Assembly (NCBI GenBank): GCA_002633005.1
Contig: NMRA01000010.1
Coordinates: 737,252 to 801,251 of the forward strand
Source: Phoronis australis
Taxonomy: Eukaryota > Animalia > Phoronida
DNA: 64,000 bases
Direction of reading: 5' to 3'
Part shown: in pieces, positions 47,101 to 61,492 of the stretch
How positions within the stretch are numbered: the first letter of the stretch is position 1
Layout of the letters: every line of letters starts with the position of its first letter
Position numbers and translations under genes: made by a program
Notes under the pieces: generated by a model
What the model was told of the DNA's origin: nothing
What the model saw: only the letters and a program-made list of their open reading frames with translations
The model's database searches: none

Positions 47101-50100
47101 ATTAAAAGTGAAATCTAACAACTGCTGCAAACGAAGCCGACTGCTTCAAGAGCGAGCGTAGAGACACAATATTGTTAGATTTCATTCCATAACTGGAACG
47201 GCTCGAATACCATCACAGTGAGCCAACAAACATTGCACGCTGGCTGTCAAACATCCAGATTCTAAAAATCGAGTGGATAGTAGGTGCCTTCTAGTTCGAT
47301 ATTCTAAAAATTGGAAGTGTCCGATGAGTGTTGTTACATATATTGTCGCACTCACTTGTATTGTCGCCCCAAGGACACGATCAATCTATTGCTTGGAGGT
47401 GTTTCTTAAAAAACTGAACAAACGTGAAAATCATATCTGCTAAGATATGTAGGTTTGGAGACGGTTGAAAATCAAACCGTGGCCTCAGCCTAGCAGGAGA
47501 ACTTCAGCAGACCAAATTTGTGCGAGAAAAATAAGATCTCACAAAATTTCGCAAAATACGCGAGTGAAAGGCGAGTATTTCGCGAGTATGCTCGATAGTT
47601 TACTTGCCTGTCCTAGTAAAATGGTGGCTACGGAAGTAATTGGTCGATAAGGCTGGAGTATTGAATTATGGGACACTGAATTCAATATTTCCGTAACAGG
47701 AGCAAAATGTAGCTTTAGGCCTGTCATTACTGTACAGTGGTATTGGGCACATTCGACGGCGTTCTCCATTTTAAGAGTCGCATGATTTGCTCTTTTTATT
47801 GAAGTTCTCACACGTGCAATTGTGAAACATCTCCATCGTATATATATTTACTACCAATCACGCGTCAGAATAGATTGGAATCGACTAGCTCCTATCCGGA
47901 ACTGGTCTGAATCTTTGGTCACGTGGTCTTCACCATTAGTGAAGCAATTCGCAGTTTTTAATGACCGACCATTCATAATATATCGCATATGAATTGATTG
48001 TGCGTGTGCCTTAAACTTTACTGTCTCCAACTACCGGGGCACACTCCCATAGTAGGTGTATACAGGACATTCCGCCAAGATGAACGACTTTTTCGCCACC
48101 AGTTTTACAAGGAAGGAGTTCTTTCATTCATACAAAAGTCCTTGCAAAGAGTGCAATTTCTAACACGATTCCATACAAGAGGACCCTCTTTGTTATGAAA
48201 CTGTGCAAAAGGGCACTTCTTTTCGATCCCAGAGAATAGTTTTTAAAATTATGTATATTTAAAACTTTGGTTGCAAAAGACATGTTATATGTCTTCCTAG
48301 TACCGCTGTGAGGTGGTGATTTGTTACCGCCAATGACAAGATATTTGTTTTTTCGCATGACTGTATCAACATACCCGCAGGAAAGTAAAAATTAATGGTT
48401 TGACACAGAGTGGGATAGACATTAGAATTTAATCCTCAGAATATATTTAGTGCAAACCTGTAAGAGGACGCGGTGACAATATTGTTGGCGTGCAGGGGAG
48501 GAGCACGTGACCTAATGCCCAACTTCCTGTTTGTTTCCGAATACGAAGTTGCTATCGTCTTGCCACTCGTTTATTAGCCAAATCAGAAGACAAATTTTCC
48601 CGCAGCACGCTTTAGAAGTCGTATTTACTTTATCAAACCAATCGATAGAACCGTTTAGTTCGCATATCAGCTCTGTCTAAACTCTTCATGGACTTAGTGC
48701 GGAAGTTTTGGTTTCTTTAAACGGAAGCCCCTCATTCATAACAAAACCGGACTTAGCCGGTAAACATATATTTTTTCCGAGTTTAAAAGCCATCTGCAGA
48801 AAAAAATAAGTAGGAGTTATTAGTCTTCATATATGCCATATGTTGGCCAAATCACATAAAGTCTGAAAAAATCTCTGTCCCGACCGGTGCTCAAATACGA
48901 ATACTAATAATTCTTACTTATACGACATCAACTCGCTGAGTTATGACAACACAATTATATACATCTGCTGAAGGGTCCCACTGTCTATGCACTTGGCATG
49001 TGATTGTTCAAGATATGAATCGATTCAGGATTTTGAAACGGAAACACATCTGGTACAAGAAGGTTGCCTAACTTCAAAATCATATGCCGACTGTTTTGGG
49101 AGTTACGAATATAACAATGGTACTTCGAGACATTATAACGGCATCAAAGGACTTGTACTTAATATTGCCCGAGGGGAAAATATGTCCGATTTAATGATCA
49201 ACGAACGCTTTACGTAACAAGGTATTCATAACACTAGAGTTAGCGTGAGGCAAATATAACGATTGTATGCTGAGAAGGCGGCTCAGTTGAAGGCCTTCTA
49301 TCGAACAGCTGGGGTCGGGAGACTGTTTCCAAAGAGGTGTTTGGGACCTTGTAGAGGTAATGCCATATTTTGGTTATTAATAAGTAATTTAGTTGATGAT
49401 GAAGACGTGTCTCTATAACAGGCGCACTAGTCGCCACAATGGGCTCGAAATGAATATCGTGATAGATGGAGTGGTAGCATTGCTAATGGGAGTCGCATGC
49501 GTTCAGGTATAGCTAAGGTCACATCATGGCCCTTGGGTACTCGACGCAACGATAGGCGCTATGTGTAGCGGAACAATGTTTGTAAAGCAGTGAGGCTTTC
49601 CTCTGACTTCGCAGGTCATTATAGTACACTCTATGCTCAGGGGGTTCTGGAGAATTCATCCTACTGACAAAACAGAACCTCATCGAAGGTTTTAGGCGAT
49701 AGCAGACAGCTAAGAATTCCTTCGTTCACGATGTACAACCTCACATTTAGGTGGTAATAGATTGGAACGACGTGGCGTACGTGGGGGGAGGGGTTGGCGG
49801 TCAAGAAATCCTCAAAGCCAAGTCACCGACGAAGACGTTTACAACCTCAACAAATTCCGAATATTATATTGTATAGAGACAAATTTAATGTAATTTTACG
49901 TCTAGCATTGGGTCTTTGCCAGCCATTGCAGGGAATTCAATGAGTGTCAGGCAGCAGAGTCCGAGTGGAGAAAAATCAAGCCGAAAACAAATGACAGGGA
50001 GTCTATCAGTGGCATGAAGTGCAATGGTCCAGTGACTTTGTTTTTTTCTCTCCTAACTATTAACCTGATAACACAATTTGCTTTCTCCATATCTTACAAT

Positions 50101-51933
50101 CTATATTTCAGATATCGCGTACAAGAAAGAATGCGGGCTAATCATTATTCGTACCACGTTGAAAACGATTTTGTACTCAGCTCATATTTCCTTTTTTGTC
50201 GCCACCATTTGATAACCTAACAAGCTCCGGACATAGGTGTACTTGTCGTGTTTTCTGCCGGGTACCACCGTTTCAGCTTATCACGTTACTTTCACCTACA
50301 GTTGAGTGTGGAACGTGGTTTCATGCACAAAGCCATTACTACAAGAATTCCCATTTGAATTAAAGTTTCAATAGGTTTCTCTCATATTCCAACGTGATTT
50401 ATTTCCGGTATTCCCAAAGCGGCTTATGTACATAACTAATCTCACTGCCAATAAAAAGTGTGTCTAATAGATTGTTATTTTCAACGAAATCGCTGATTGC
50501 ATTTACGTGTCGCGGCAAACCACCTTGTATAAACTGAGCCCAGCACTTCCTGTTTCACCGATAGTCCTTTGGTTTGAAACCGATCAATCATCCACGCTGA
50601 AAATTTTTAATTTGACCATCTCTTTACAGTCTCTTTGATATTTCTAATGTTTCAGGTGTTTTTACTACAAACGGTTTGAATTCATTGTAAATTGTATTGA
50701 AAAGTACCGAATACTGGCCTGGTACAAAGCGAAGGGTCAATGCCAAAGCATAACTGCATAACTACAATTTTGTGTATTCAAAACTGTAAATGAGCCGTTG
50801 AGGCCTGTTGAGCGAGGGCACAAGTGGCAGCATCTAAATCTGGCAATAATTGTTTCATTTCGTTTCAAGGTATTCTTATGCTTACTGCAACACAAACCAA
50901 TCTAGTCAGAAGTAAACCTATATTTCAATGCAGATGTGCGCCCAAGGCACGATATCCATGCGACCAGTATTATTATGTCCAACAAAGACGCAACAAAAGA
51001 AAACAATGGAAGTGTCCCATAGGCAATAACCATGCGACGCTCGTACGTCCGTTGCATCGATCGCGCAAATTAAACAATACCTTGAGACCTCCATACGACG
51101 TCAGTTGGCATGGGATGACATCTAGCTTTTTAAAAAAAACAATAATTTGGTGTGCATTTTTGCTTTGAATTTCTGATGAGGCGCCAACAAAATGGCCTCC
51201 AAAATTGAATGGCACTTTTTATTATTCACGAAAACTGACTGCAATAGCTTCAATGCATACATAGCTAAAATTTACGAAGTGTTTCTCATTTATCTATGCT
51301 TTTAGATTGGTGATGCTCGTTCGACGCACTGAACTGGTGAAAAAATTGAAAGCGTACTTACAATATTTTGTTGTGGTTACAATTATTACGTATCAGCAGT
51401 CCTGCATTGTAATTATAATTTGAGTTTAAAATTGATAATTTTTGATTTCTTTGCAGGAAAGTATTTTAAAAGAATACTCGTATTTACTGGCATGTAGATG
51501 TTTGTAATTAGCGCTGAAGGATATTGGCATTTTAGCATCAAGGATTTATGGCCTAAGTTAGAAATAAGGAATTGACTGGTAAAACCCTTCCCTTGATTGT
51601 TTCTTGTCATTTCAAATTAGTGTATCGAACTGTTGACCTTAGTAGTGGAGATAGATTTGTTTTCTAGCATCGATCACTTGCAAAAGACTGCTTGGTTGTT
51701 AGAGCTCATTGTATCCTTTTCTTATGTAGTGTTCTGTTTGACGCGCTTCATTGATGTATTTTGGTTTAACTGAATATTTGATTAACCGAAAATGAAAATG
51801 AAGCATTTTCTCCTATATTTCTTCTATTTTGTCTTGCCTTTAGATGACGCAAATTTTGTTTTTACCATTTCATCTAATGAACCCGCTGTTGTGAAATCTC
51901 GTTGAAATGCACATTCGCGTACTAATAACCGTA

Positions 51934-52003
51934 ACACACACAGAGACGTACACGCATACACGCACGCAAGCACGCACGCACGCGAACACACACACGCACA
52001 CAC
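51934..52003. repeat. (CA)n/(CACG)n compound microsatellite
   Basis: acacacaca...cacgcacgcaagcacgcacgcacgcgaacacacacacgcacacaca. Confidence 0.85.
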
Positions 52004-52659
52004 AGTGTTATTGCCCTTGACTATGGAATATACCGTGTCTCCTCAGTGCAGTCATGGTTATGAATGCCTGTCTCTCATTTTAGGGGAAAGAAAAAATATT
52101 GTATGTGAAAAATGATATCATCCATTTCAAACGGCTTTGTGCAATTGAATGTATAACGCGCGATAAGCATCTTAATGGTTTTCCGTTGGAAGGAAATCAG
52201 CTGACGTAGCTTGAAGAATGTGTTTGAGGACTCACTTAACTGTAAAACTATAAGACCAATCAACTGCTGTCCGCTCAAAGCAGAGCATCCTGCACTCTCT
52301 ATATTTCAGCAACCTGATTGGTTGATTGCAGTCGAGGAATGTAATTTACAGGTGAGATATTCACCTGATGAAAAACATTGCAAGCCATCAACAATCTTTG
52401 CTGGTAAATCGTTCATCCGTAACTTCGTGTGCAACGAATAGATCTTTGATAGAGACGGAGTCATTATGATGTCTGTTGCCATAGGAATGGGAATATTTTA
52501 GAGAAAGGCTCACCGAACTACATCAATTTGGATGTTGTATATTAATTTCTAGCAAACAGATGTACCGGTAGCAAGTGTTTGAAGTTTGGATAAAAGTATG
52601 TAATACAGGTATAGTTACTTATACTGTAGTATATTGGCTTCTTTGAATGAACAACTAAC

Positions 52660-53220
52660 TTGAGTATATTTAGGAAATTATCTCCACCAAATATTGTTAA
52701 CTAGTTACCACTGTTCGTTTTAAACTGTTTTTTTTTTAATCAAAATTGTGTTTGTATAAACAATCAAATATCTACAAAACTGTTGAAATCAGAGTTGTAA
52801 AAGTATATATTTTCTGAAAATAGAAAGCGCGTAGACTTTGATTTTTTAATTTTATACCAATCTGTCATAAATTGGTGGGTCATATGACTATGTTTTTTCT
52901 AGTAAGAGTGAGCGAAAATGAAAGGTACATTCATAGCAAAACAAGGTTATCAATGACATGATCAAATTTCATTTGATACCAAATGTTAAAGATGAAACCA
53001 CAAAAAATTGTGACAGTTTTCTAAAATATCATTTCGTATTTGTTTTATACAACTTTTGATTTAAAAACCTAGTCAAATTGTTGATAGCCCTTCTAAATGG
53101 TTTTGGAGGGTAGTGCATAAAGCATAGTGTGGGAAATTTCATATGAATCCGATCAACCATTTTTCAAATATAACGTTCCAAAGTCAGCCAAATTTAGGAA
53201 GTTTTTTACGGTCTTACATT
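52660..53220 (+). mobile_element. Dispersed AT-rich repeat family, copy C
   Basis: TTTCTGAAAATAGAAAGCGCGTAGAC...AAATTTCATTTGAT...ACGTTCCAAAGTCAGCCAAATTT, collinear with copies A and B. Confidence 0.65.
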
Positions 53221-56200
53221 ATCTCAAGATTGAAAGACGGTTAGGCTCTGTGAGTCTTTTGCCCATATCATGTTTATAGGGGACATCAAAGTATAGACAA
53301 TTCATAGAAATTAGTATCCTCACCAGAACTTTTGTAGATTCTAATCCCTTTCATAACTTGACGCGACAACTTCAATTAATTCACCTGGAAATAATTTTCA
53401 GCGGTTAATGCATTTAATGTTTTTAATGGTGACCCAAAGTCACGCAATTTGTTTATTTAAGAGATTTAGCGTATAAAAAATAAAAGAACTCGGAGTGCGC
53501 AAGCTCCTGACAAGACGTAGCGGTTCTAAACCTGTCTATCTCCTTAGTTCCTTGGCATGTGACCACGGACACAGTTTATTGTGTAAGAGCAAAGTGTTCA
53601 GACGCTAATTTCTCTATGTTTTGCATTTAAACGGACGTAAATCATGACGCAATGTCCAAAAAGTCTGACCGAATGGTATTTTGGTCCAAGTGTCACATTT
53701 TCATGATGTTGCCAACAGGTGGCGTGCAGACCAGATTCAAAAATGTGATTTTTCACGACAACGCCATGAAATCCACCTGTACGTACATATGGGACATAAA
53801 GGGACGGTATCGGCTAGAAAAAGGGATATTCTGAGACAATTCTCAGCGCGGACTCGAACGTGGAACAGCTGTTAAATGCTCTGCTGGTGGAACTAAGTCG
53901 ACCACTACACATGCGCGCTTGGATGATAAATTTACCGGCCTCGATCTCGGCTGACGTCTGGCACACAGCGCCGACATTGGCGATTTATTATAAAATAACA
54001 GAAACACAACGAGTTTCAATGCTTTATAGCTCTGGTAAAGGCTAATAGTTTCACAAAGTCTATCCTTTCCAACAATTACATGAAAAAACGACAATGGTCT
54101 CTTTAAATATTTGCTACTGTATGACGCAGGCAAACAAAGACAAAAACAACGTTCGTCTGGTAATCCTTATTTTATGATTAGATGGCGCCAACGCATAACG
54201 TTAAACTTTCCCACATTTAGAAAGTATAACTTTATTGAAAATATGTTACCTTAAATAACCTCATCTCGCAAATCCGATAGTAATATGACAATTATGCGGG
54301 TTAATGCCAATGTCAGTGCGTTCATTTATGAAGCTGTTAGAATCGATGAATGAGCCTAGTTTCTATGAACACCATAACTGTGCCGACAAAGCACGTGAAA
54401 GACTACAGTAATAGATTGAAAACTAAGAAAAGAAATTCTTCTTACTACTTTCAAACTTGTAGAAAGTTGAGTCCTTTCCAACACGTTTTACGCGATGTTG
54501 GGCTCAAGTTCCTGTTTACTTAGTGTGCACTACAGAAAAAAATGGTCTCCACATGCTTCATCCTTCTCTGGCATAGTTTGGTATTTTCCACTCACAAATT
54601 CTACGACAGAATCCGTCACAGTGAGGAAAGCGTACGTATACATTTATCATGGCGCCTTTAAAGTGATCAAATCGTGGTCAGTCTGGTAGATATTACAATG
54701 CAGCAAATTAATTTCTGTTTTAGATTTGGTTGTATTCAAGCCGATAATATAGGTTTCAAGATTTTTATGTCACATCTTTTAAGTAAATGTAAATTTTTGA
54801 CCTTTTTAAATGCAGGCGCGGATCCAGATGGGTCCGTAATCACCTACTCGATCATTTTTGTATCACTGCAATGGGGAAATATAAATTGTCCCTTACTAGC
54901 TATGATCTTGGACACGTGCCTGAAGTGTCCGGATGTTTGGACAAAGTGTTCGGGTTCGTGTCTACGTTTTGGCAGCTCCCAGCAAAATTGACCTCGACCT
55001 TAAATGCCTGCTCAGGAACAGGTTGGGCTTCGTTGAAGGACTAATATGGAGATGCTGCCCAATTCCCACACACTTTGAAGGAAACCAGGCAATTTTGTCG
55101 GAGACATATAAAGTTAACCACAGCTTTCGTCACCGAATTTTGTAAAAGATAATCGCTCTAAAAACCATCATCGGCGTGAAGGAGTTTTACTTTTTCTGAA
55201 TATGACCTGACATAAACGAACGCAAGGCCCCTAACATCATTAGATATATGCACTTGAAAGTTATCGATCGTGTTTAAGATTTATTACGATAGTTGAAAAC
55301 ATTTACTTGTATCTGGGTGTTAACATAACTGATTGCATAAGTCTTGGCAATCGTCGACTCGAACGAGTTACTTACTATAGATGAAACTTGTTTTGATAAT
55401 GCAAACAGAAAATGCTTAATGAAGAGCTTTCTGCTCTCAATCTATTTAGATGCAAAAAGAGGAACATTTGGTTATAAGCACCATCAAGTGAATACCGAGT
55501 CTCTCTTTATAAGAAAAAAGTGAAGGACGAAATTCTAGCTTGAAACTGTGATACTAAGGGCTTGAACGCCAAACTCGGGCAGTCAGACGGCAGTAGGTTT
55601 ATGGAAGAATAATCGTGGTCAAAGTTTCAAGGAAACGTTAGCCGAACCATTGATAATGCTGAATGTATTGTGAACAAAATTGGGACTCGTGCTCACTCAG
55701 ATAAGCAGATACGGTGACATGTTAGTCATTCAAAACAACTGCTGTTGACTCATTTGAGAAGAAATTCATGACTATTTTCTTCATTTTGCAAATGAATTGG
55801 GGACTGATAGAGTAGTGGAAACAACGGTCTGGCGTCATCGTTGCCAATGACAATGATTACTGAGCGTGTCGATAAACCTAGTAACACATTTCACTGAACA
55901 ACTCTCATTAACAGTTCCAATGGAATGAGGCTTGTTCTTCTTTGTGTTAATGAAGTTGAAGAATTTTGCAATATGCATACGTATGTCATGGAGACTGTTG
56001 ACATTTTCGCTGAAGTACACGATCAAATGTTCTCACGTCATTCCAATCGTGTTTGTTTGCCGCTCAATGCCATCTAGCGGTTGGTTACAACCTATTAGCT
56101 ATTCGACAAGTTGTTCTCGCCAGTATAAACGCACCAATAAATAAAAGAGATTTATTGCGTGATTTAAGAGTAGAACTTTCGTTATGCCTAATTTGATGAA

Positions 56201-56843
56201 CAACGAGAAGAGAAGAAAGGTGACATTTTAGAGGTAAGCCATACACGTGTATAGGGGTGGCGTGGCATGTACCTGTTTGAGATGAGTGACGTAGAACATA
56301 AGATATTCTTGGTTTAAAAATGTTCAAACATTGTAAGCTGTCATCCATGTATATCCAAATATTAAGAGGTGTATTTTCTCAACAGGATCGCATCTTGCTG
56401 AACATTACCGCACGAGAATAGCAGACGAAAAGGCAGACGTTTGAATGAAAGTCAAGGTAAGACGTGCTTTACGAAAACCCGAAGACTAGTAGAGAATAAC
56501 TGACGGAAGATCAAATCGGACTAAACATGTGTTTGTGCAACCAATGCAACCACGTCATTTCTCGTGAATGGTTATTACTTTAAAAGATGAGAAAATATTG
56601 ATCACTGCCATTAAATGATAAACGTAATCATGTATGACATACCTGTCTACTTTCACGTAAAGCATTACTACAAAACTGCATTAACTCTGGGATTTATTCC
56701 ACAAAAAATAAAACTTTGTTGGTGTTACTTCGACTAAATCGATTGGATTAGTCTTTGTGCTAATGGCCCCCACACAGGTTGGCACGTGAAGGCGAGACTG
56801 TTACGATACAGGTTTACTTTTAACTCTGTATGTTGTTGTATGT

Positions 56844-56913
56844 TCGCGACCCGCTTAGTCGATCGCGACCCACTTGGTCAATTACGACCAGTTTGGTCGA
56901 TCGCGAACCGCTC
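56844..56913. repeat. ~19-bp minisatellite, ~4 copies
   Basis: TCGCGACCCRCTTRGTCGA repeated. Confidence 0.75.
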
Positions 56914-57377
56914 GGGCAAAATTAGAGTCAACTAACCGTCTCTGTTGATATATCGGCCACCACTATTTACGTACCTGACAGTCTCTTGAGAAATTATGCA
57001 GTTGTAGTCAGGATTAGTTTAGAAAGTAGAGCATTTCACCTGCGTTTAGTTTGCCCTCTACTAATTGAGCGTGTCATGTAAGGGATAGAGCCTGCCCGTA
57101 TAACTTGCTACGACTGGTATACACTGGTTTGCTTTAGAAGTGGTATTCCACGATCACCTTCTTCATCGAACAACCTCACCAAAGCAACTTCCGGTCAAAC
57201 ACAAGGGAAATTCCGGTCAAACTGAACCATTCTTCTATTTCCTACAATTTGATTAAATATCTTCGGGATATACAACTTCAGTACACTCTTTGTTAGGGAC
57301 AAATCCTGCTAATACTTGGACTTATTAGCGACAGTCACGAAAGGAATTCCGACTGTAATAGTAGGCCTACCCTGTAC

Positions 57378-57448
57378 ACAACAAAATGTACACCTCAGCT
57401 CTGAGCCCAAACAACAGAATGTACACCTCCTCAGCTCTGAGCCCAAAC
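57378..57448. repeat. Short tandem duplication (~33 bp x2)
   Basis: ACAACA.AATGTACACCTC(CTC)AGCTCTGAGCCCAA twice. Confidence 0.8.
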
Positions 57449-58520
57449 GCGATCAGTTTCTCAAAAAAAAAAACCCCAGCGTATTCGAATTATTTGTCTT
57501 GATCCAGTCCGTGAAAATAAAGGAAAACGAGTAGATATGCATCGTCTTAAAATGTTTTTCGCGGTGAAATTTCGAATGGCTGATTGGATGACAAATATTT
57601 TGACTATTTTTTGGTCACTGCTGACGGAAATTGATGTTATCGAACCAGCGCCAGTTGGGAAATCAGTGAGGCATAACCAATAGGTGTCGTTTCATTTCCT
57701 CAGTCAAACTGACAGTTGGTTATTCCTTCGAGACCAGGCTCTACTAGTTGGCTTGTATCGTCGGGTCCATTTATGCGCCTAGTATATTCTTAATGAATAA
57801 CGAAATATGAAATCTTTTGCAAACCCGGAAGCTGCTTTTCATCTGTGCAAGGAACAAGTTGCGACCACTTTTATTGCGATCAGTGGTTTAAATCATAAGT
57901 TCGCTTTTTGGATGGAACACAGGATATAGCCGCTAAAAGCAATCTAGGGAGCAAGTTTCAAAGCACGTGAATGAAGACAGCATACCGCAACACGTGTTTC
58001 AATATAAGATAAAGTACTATGCGTTGAAAACTACAAAAAGTGGGAAAACACGTATATTACAAAAACATACAGGCTGAGAGGGGCGTCATCCAACAGACAC
58101 CTGCTTTCGTCTTTAAATGAAACTTCGGCGCATGTGCTTACACGATTATTTAAGTGCAAAACACGAGAGCAAAACAATATTTTGAGAGAACGCATTAACC
58201 CACGCAGCGCTACCCCAAACTTGAATAAATCACGGCTGTGGCGAATCTTTCCGTTAAACAATCGATGTTCTCCCTTCGATCCGCGGTGTCATCCCCCTTG
58301 TAATTAGGAACACAAAAATTCCTTATTAGAAAAAGGAAGCAAAAGGTTACACCCAAAACAAAATGCAAAACAGTGGTTTTAAAAGATGACGCAGCATGGC
58401 TCTTTAAAAGTACGCCAAATAATTTTTCCTGATAGCAGGATAACACTGAGCAGATACCCGGCCCTGGACAATGGGCCTTCAGCTTTACGAAAGGCTTCGT
58501 GTGTGGGTAACCTGGGTATT

Positions 58521-58678
58521 CAGGGGCGGATCCAGGATTTTGAGTTTGGGGGGCAGCGCAGAGTATTAGCAAGAATTTTGCCCGTCAGACATTCGCACCC
58601 CCGAACTGCCGAATGGACTCTGGGAGAATTTTAGGGGGGGGGGCATGGCCCTCATGGCCCCCGTATAATCCGCCACTG
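58521..58678 (+). mobile_element. 158-bp MITE with 5-bp TSD
   Basis: TIRs CAGGGGCGGAT / ATCCGCCACTG; flanked by GTATT on both sides (58516-58520 and 58679-58683). Confidence 0.88.
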
Positions 58679-61492
58679 GTATTCTATTTAGACGTTCTTG
58701 AACTCATTCATTGATGTACTTTGCAAGTGTAAAAATTCCCCCGTGTCTAAAGTTGAACATTTTCCTGTATTTTGCCAATGAATTTGGTGAAAAATGACAA
58801 GATTTACGTCATTATTGATAAGAATATTATCTCAGGCATTTTAACAGACACTTTTAAACGCTGTTGGTCACATAGAATGAGGGAAATGTATCAAAATAGC
58901 AGTAAATGCTCTTTTAAGAAACACGCCGCCACCAAGTGGTAGAATATGAAGTTACATTTAATTACAAACACCTGGACCTTTTTGATGTTTGTATTAAAGA
59001 AGTTATGGAGTTAGGTTTTCAAGCACTTTCAACTGAGCGAGTTTAAGGAAAATATTTTGTTGACAAAAAGTATGATAAAGTATGAATTGTGAGGCAAACT
59101 GCAGCAACAAGCAGGACATAAGCGGACCTCAGTTCTAGATTAGTCGACTTTTATCAGAGATACATGCCGCATGTCACAATCCGAGCCAACAAAGGTACCA
59201 TTTCAGCAGGTACATGTAATTTCATATTCGTCAAATTCTGGCCCCCTCGTCCGCCAGCAAATTCCTCCCCTAGCCTCCAGCGGCCCTTCTCTCCGTTGAG
59301 GTAAACCATTATGATGAATTAACAGTGACAGTTTTGAAACAATTTGTGTGAGTCCCGCGAAAATATAAGTACTACAGAGCGCCAAGTTATGATATTACAC
59401 GTTCGTTGAGGCATGCAAGAGGACAAAAATTGAATACCGATCAACATTTATCGGATTATTGGAATTTTAAATTTAAGTCCCTTAATTACTCATTTTTGGT
59501 CAAATGTAGTTTTGCAACATTGAAATCTTATAGTACAGAAAGATGTAATAAAAGTTGGTTATAAAGTTGATATTTGTAAAATTAATGAAGTATTGGCATG
59601 TTTCATACTTCAATCTTGGATACTGTTTATAACAATTCAGGCCAAAAACCACGTCATTGTGGTTGCACTGCTCGTACACAAGTTAAATATACTCTCTGTG
59701 CTTCATTGTAGTTAAAAATCAATACAAAATGAATTCTAACGCAAATCAGCTTTATTAAAACGTATTGTATAGTGATGCCCTTTCAACATGACATATTTTT
59801 TCAAAATAAACAAAATATGACGTACACATTTTCGTAATGTAGGCTACACTTGATTGATAAAATCATCTGGAACTTGATTATTTTCTACACCCTTTGGAAC
59901 ACTGCGATAAACACTTTTAAGCATGTTATTCATGCAAACAGCATTTATGATCAGTTTAAAGTCAAAAAACTTTGTAACTTAAGGTAAACCGTTTGGCTGC
60001 TTGCCAAGGATTGTAGGATTGTTACTCTAGTACACGGTTGATATGCATTTGCCACGGGTACCGGCACCACAAATGGATTTATTAGTTTGTGATTGGCTAA
60101 TGATGCTGTTTACAGCGCCCTCTACTGCTCAAAACATAACTCCAATTTTTACAGAAGATGTGTTATTAAAACGTGGAAACTTTTAAATAATGAATTTAAT
60201 ATACTTGATCAATTTATACTAGTTATTATTGTCGTCCCTGGTTGACCTTAGCAAAGATAGAGTTCAGTAGCTGTCTCGCCGGGAGAAAAAATTAATCAAA
60301 ATCACGTGCTCTCATTAAAAATATAAGGTGATGTCTCGCGTAATCTTCTCGAGGTTTTGCTTTCCTAGAGAGATCCTAGCGAGGTTTACCCGGGCTAATA
60401 TCAAATTGAAGACTATAGGATCTATTTCCTGTTTGTCAACTGGGTGTTCGTAAGAAGGCGGAACACTATTTGGTTAGACTTAATTTCCATTAATGTTGAA
60501 CAATCTACAAACCATTCCAGCCAAACAGTGGCTTCAGAAAACCATTACATTTTTTGTTGAACTAAAGCGAGATTGCTGCACTAAATCTCAGGTTCATCGC
60601 CAGCAGTTGTTTTGAATCATGTTTTTGTAAACGTGGCTTGTCTGGTACCAGTCACCTGGCGTCCGCATTTTCATCGTTAATTCTGGCCAACATTACCTTT
60701 CTTGATGGGCTGGAGTCTGGCGAACTCTCATGGGACTAGTCAAAATTGCAGTTTTTTTGCGATTTTGTCACAGGGCAATATTTTGTTTCAAAAACGCAAC
60801 AGATCTACTTGCATTATGGAATCTTTTCTATACACACATTCCAGTTTAGCGACCTATGCACCTGTTGACCCGTCTAGAGACTATGAATTATGTCAACGGA
60901 CAATTTGTATGAAAGAATTCAAGAAAGGTCTTTGTTGTTACTCACTTGGTCGTGCCGGCAGTCGTGAGAAACGTAAAGAGCAGTCTCCTACAACATGAAA
61001 GATATATTCTAGTAAGACATGATCTTACAGCGTTTGGTTACGCATTGAAAACATGTTATGTAATAAATTGGAGAAAGGTGTGAAAATAGAGGTTACTTAA
61101 TCAACAAGTGTGCGACGTTAGGTGTACGAGGGGCAGAGAGCCTGCAGTGAACTGTACACCGGGGTGCATTCAGTAGACGCAAGAACGCTGGGACACTCGG
61201 GATATCGCCACGTATTACATGCGATGACCGTGATCACACTTGCTTCCTTCGCGAGATTCTTGCGTCTACGGTACTCAGCCAGGAACACGGACGCTAGAAC
61301 TACGGTTAGCGTTTTTTTTAAACAAAAACCGCTGTGCTTTTATTTCAGCATATGAGGTATCCTGGTTGCTAAAGCAACACCCCAAACGGATTCAAAATTA
61401 ATGATTGCACCTGAAAACACCTGTTTCGTGATCAGATGACGAAGAACTTCTGGTCTTGACTTTATTATTTGTTAGACCGTACTCGGCGCACA

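Noticed and set aside
51172-51215. CTGATGAG...GGCC resembling a Penelope-type hammerhead ribozyme core
   Set aside because: The required GAAA and stems I/III are missing
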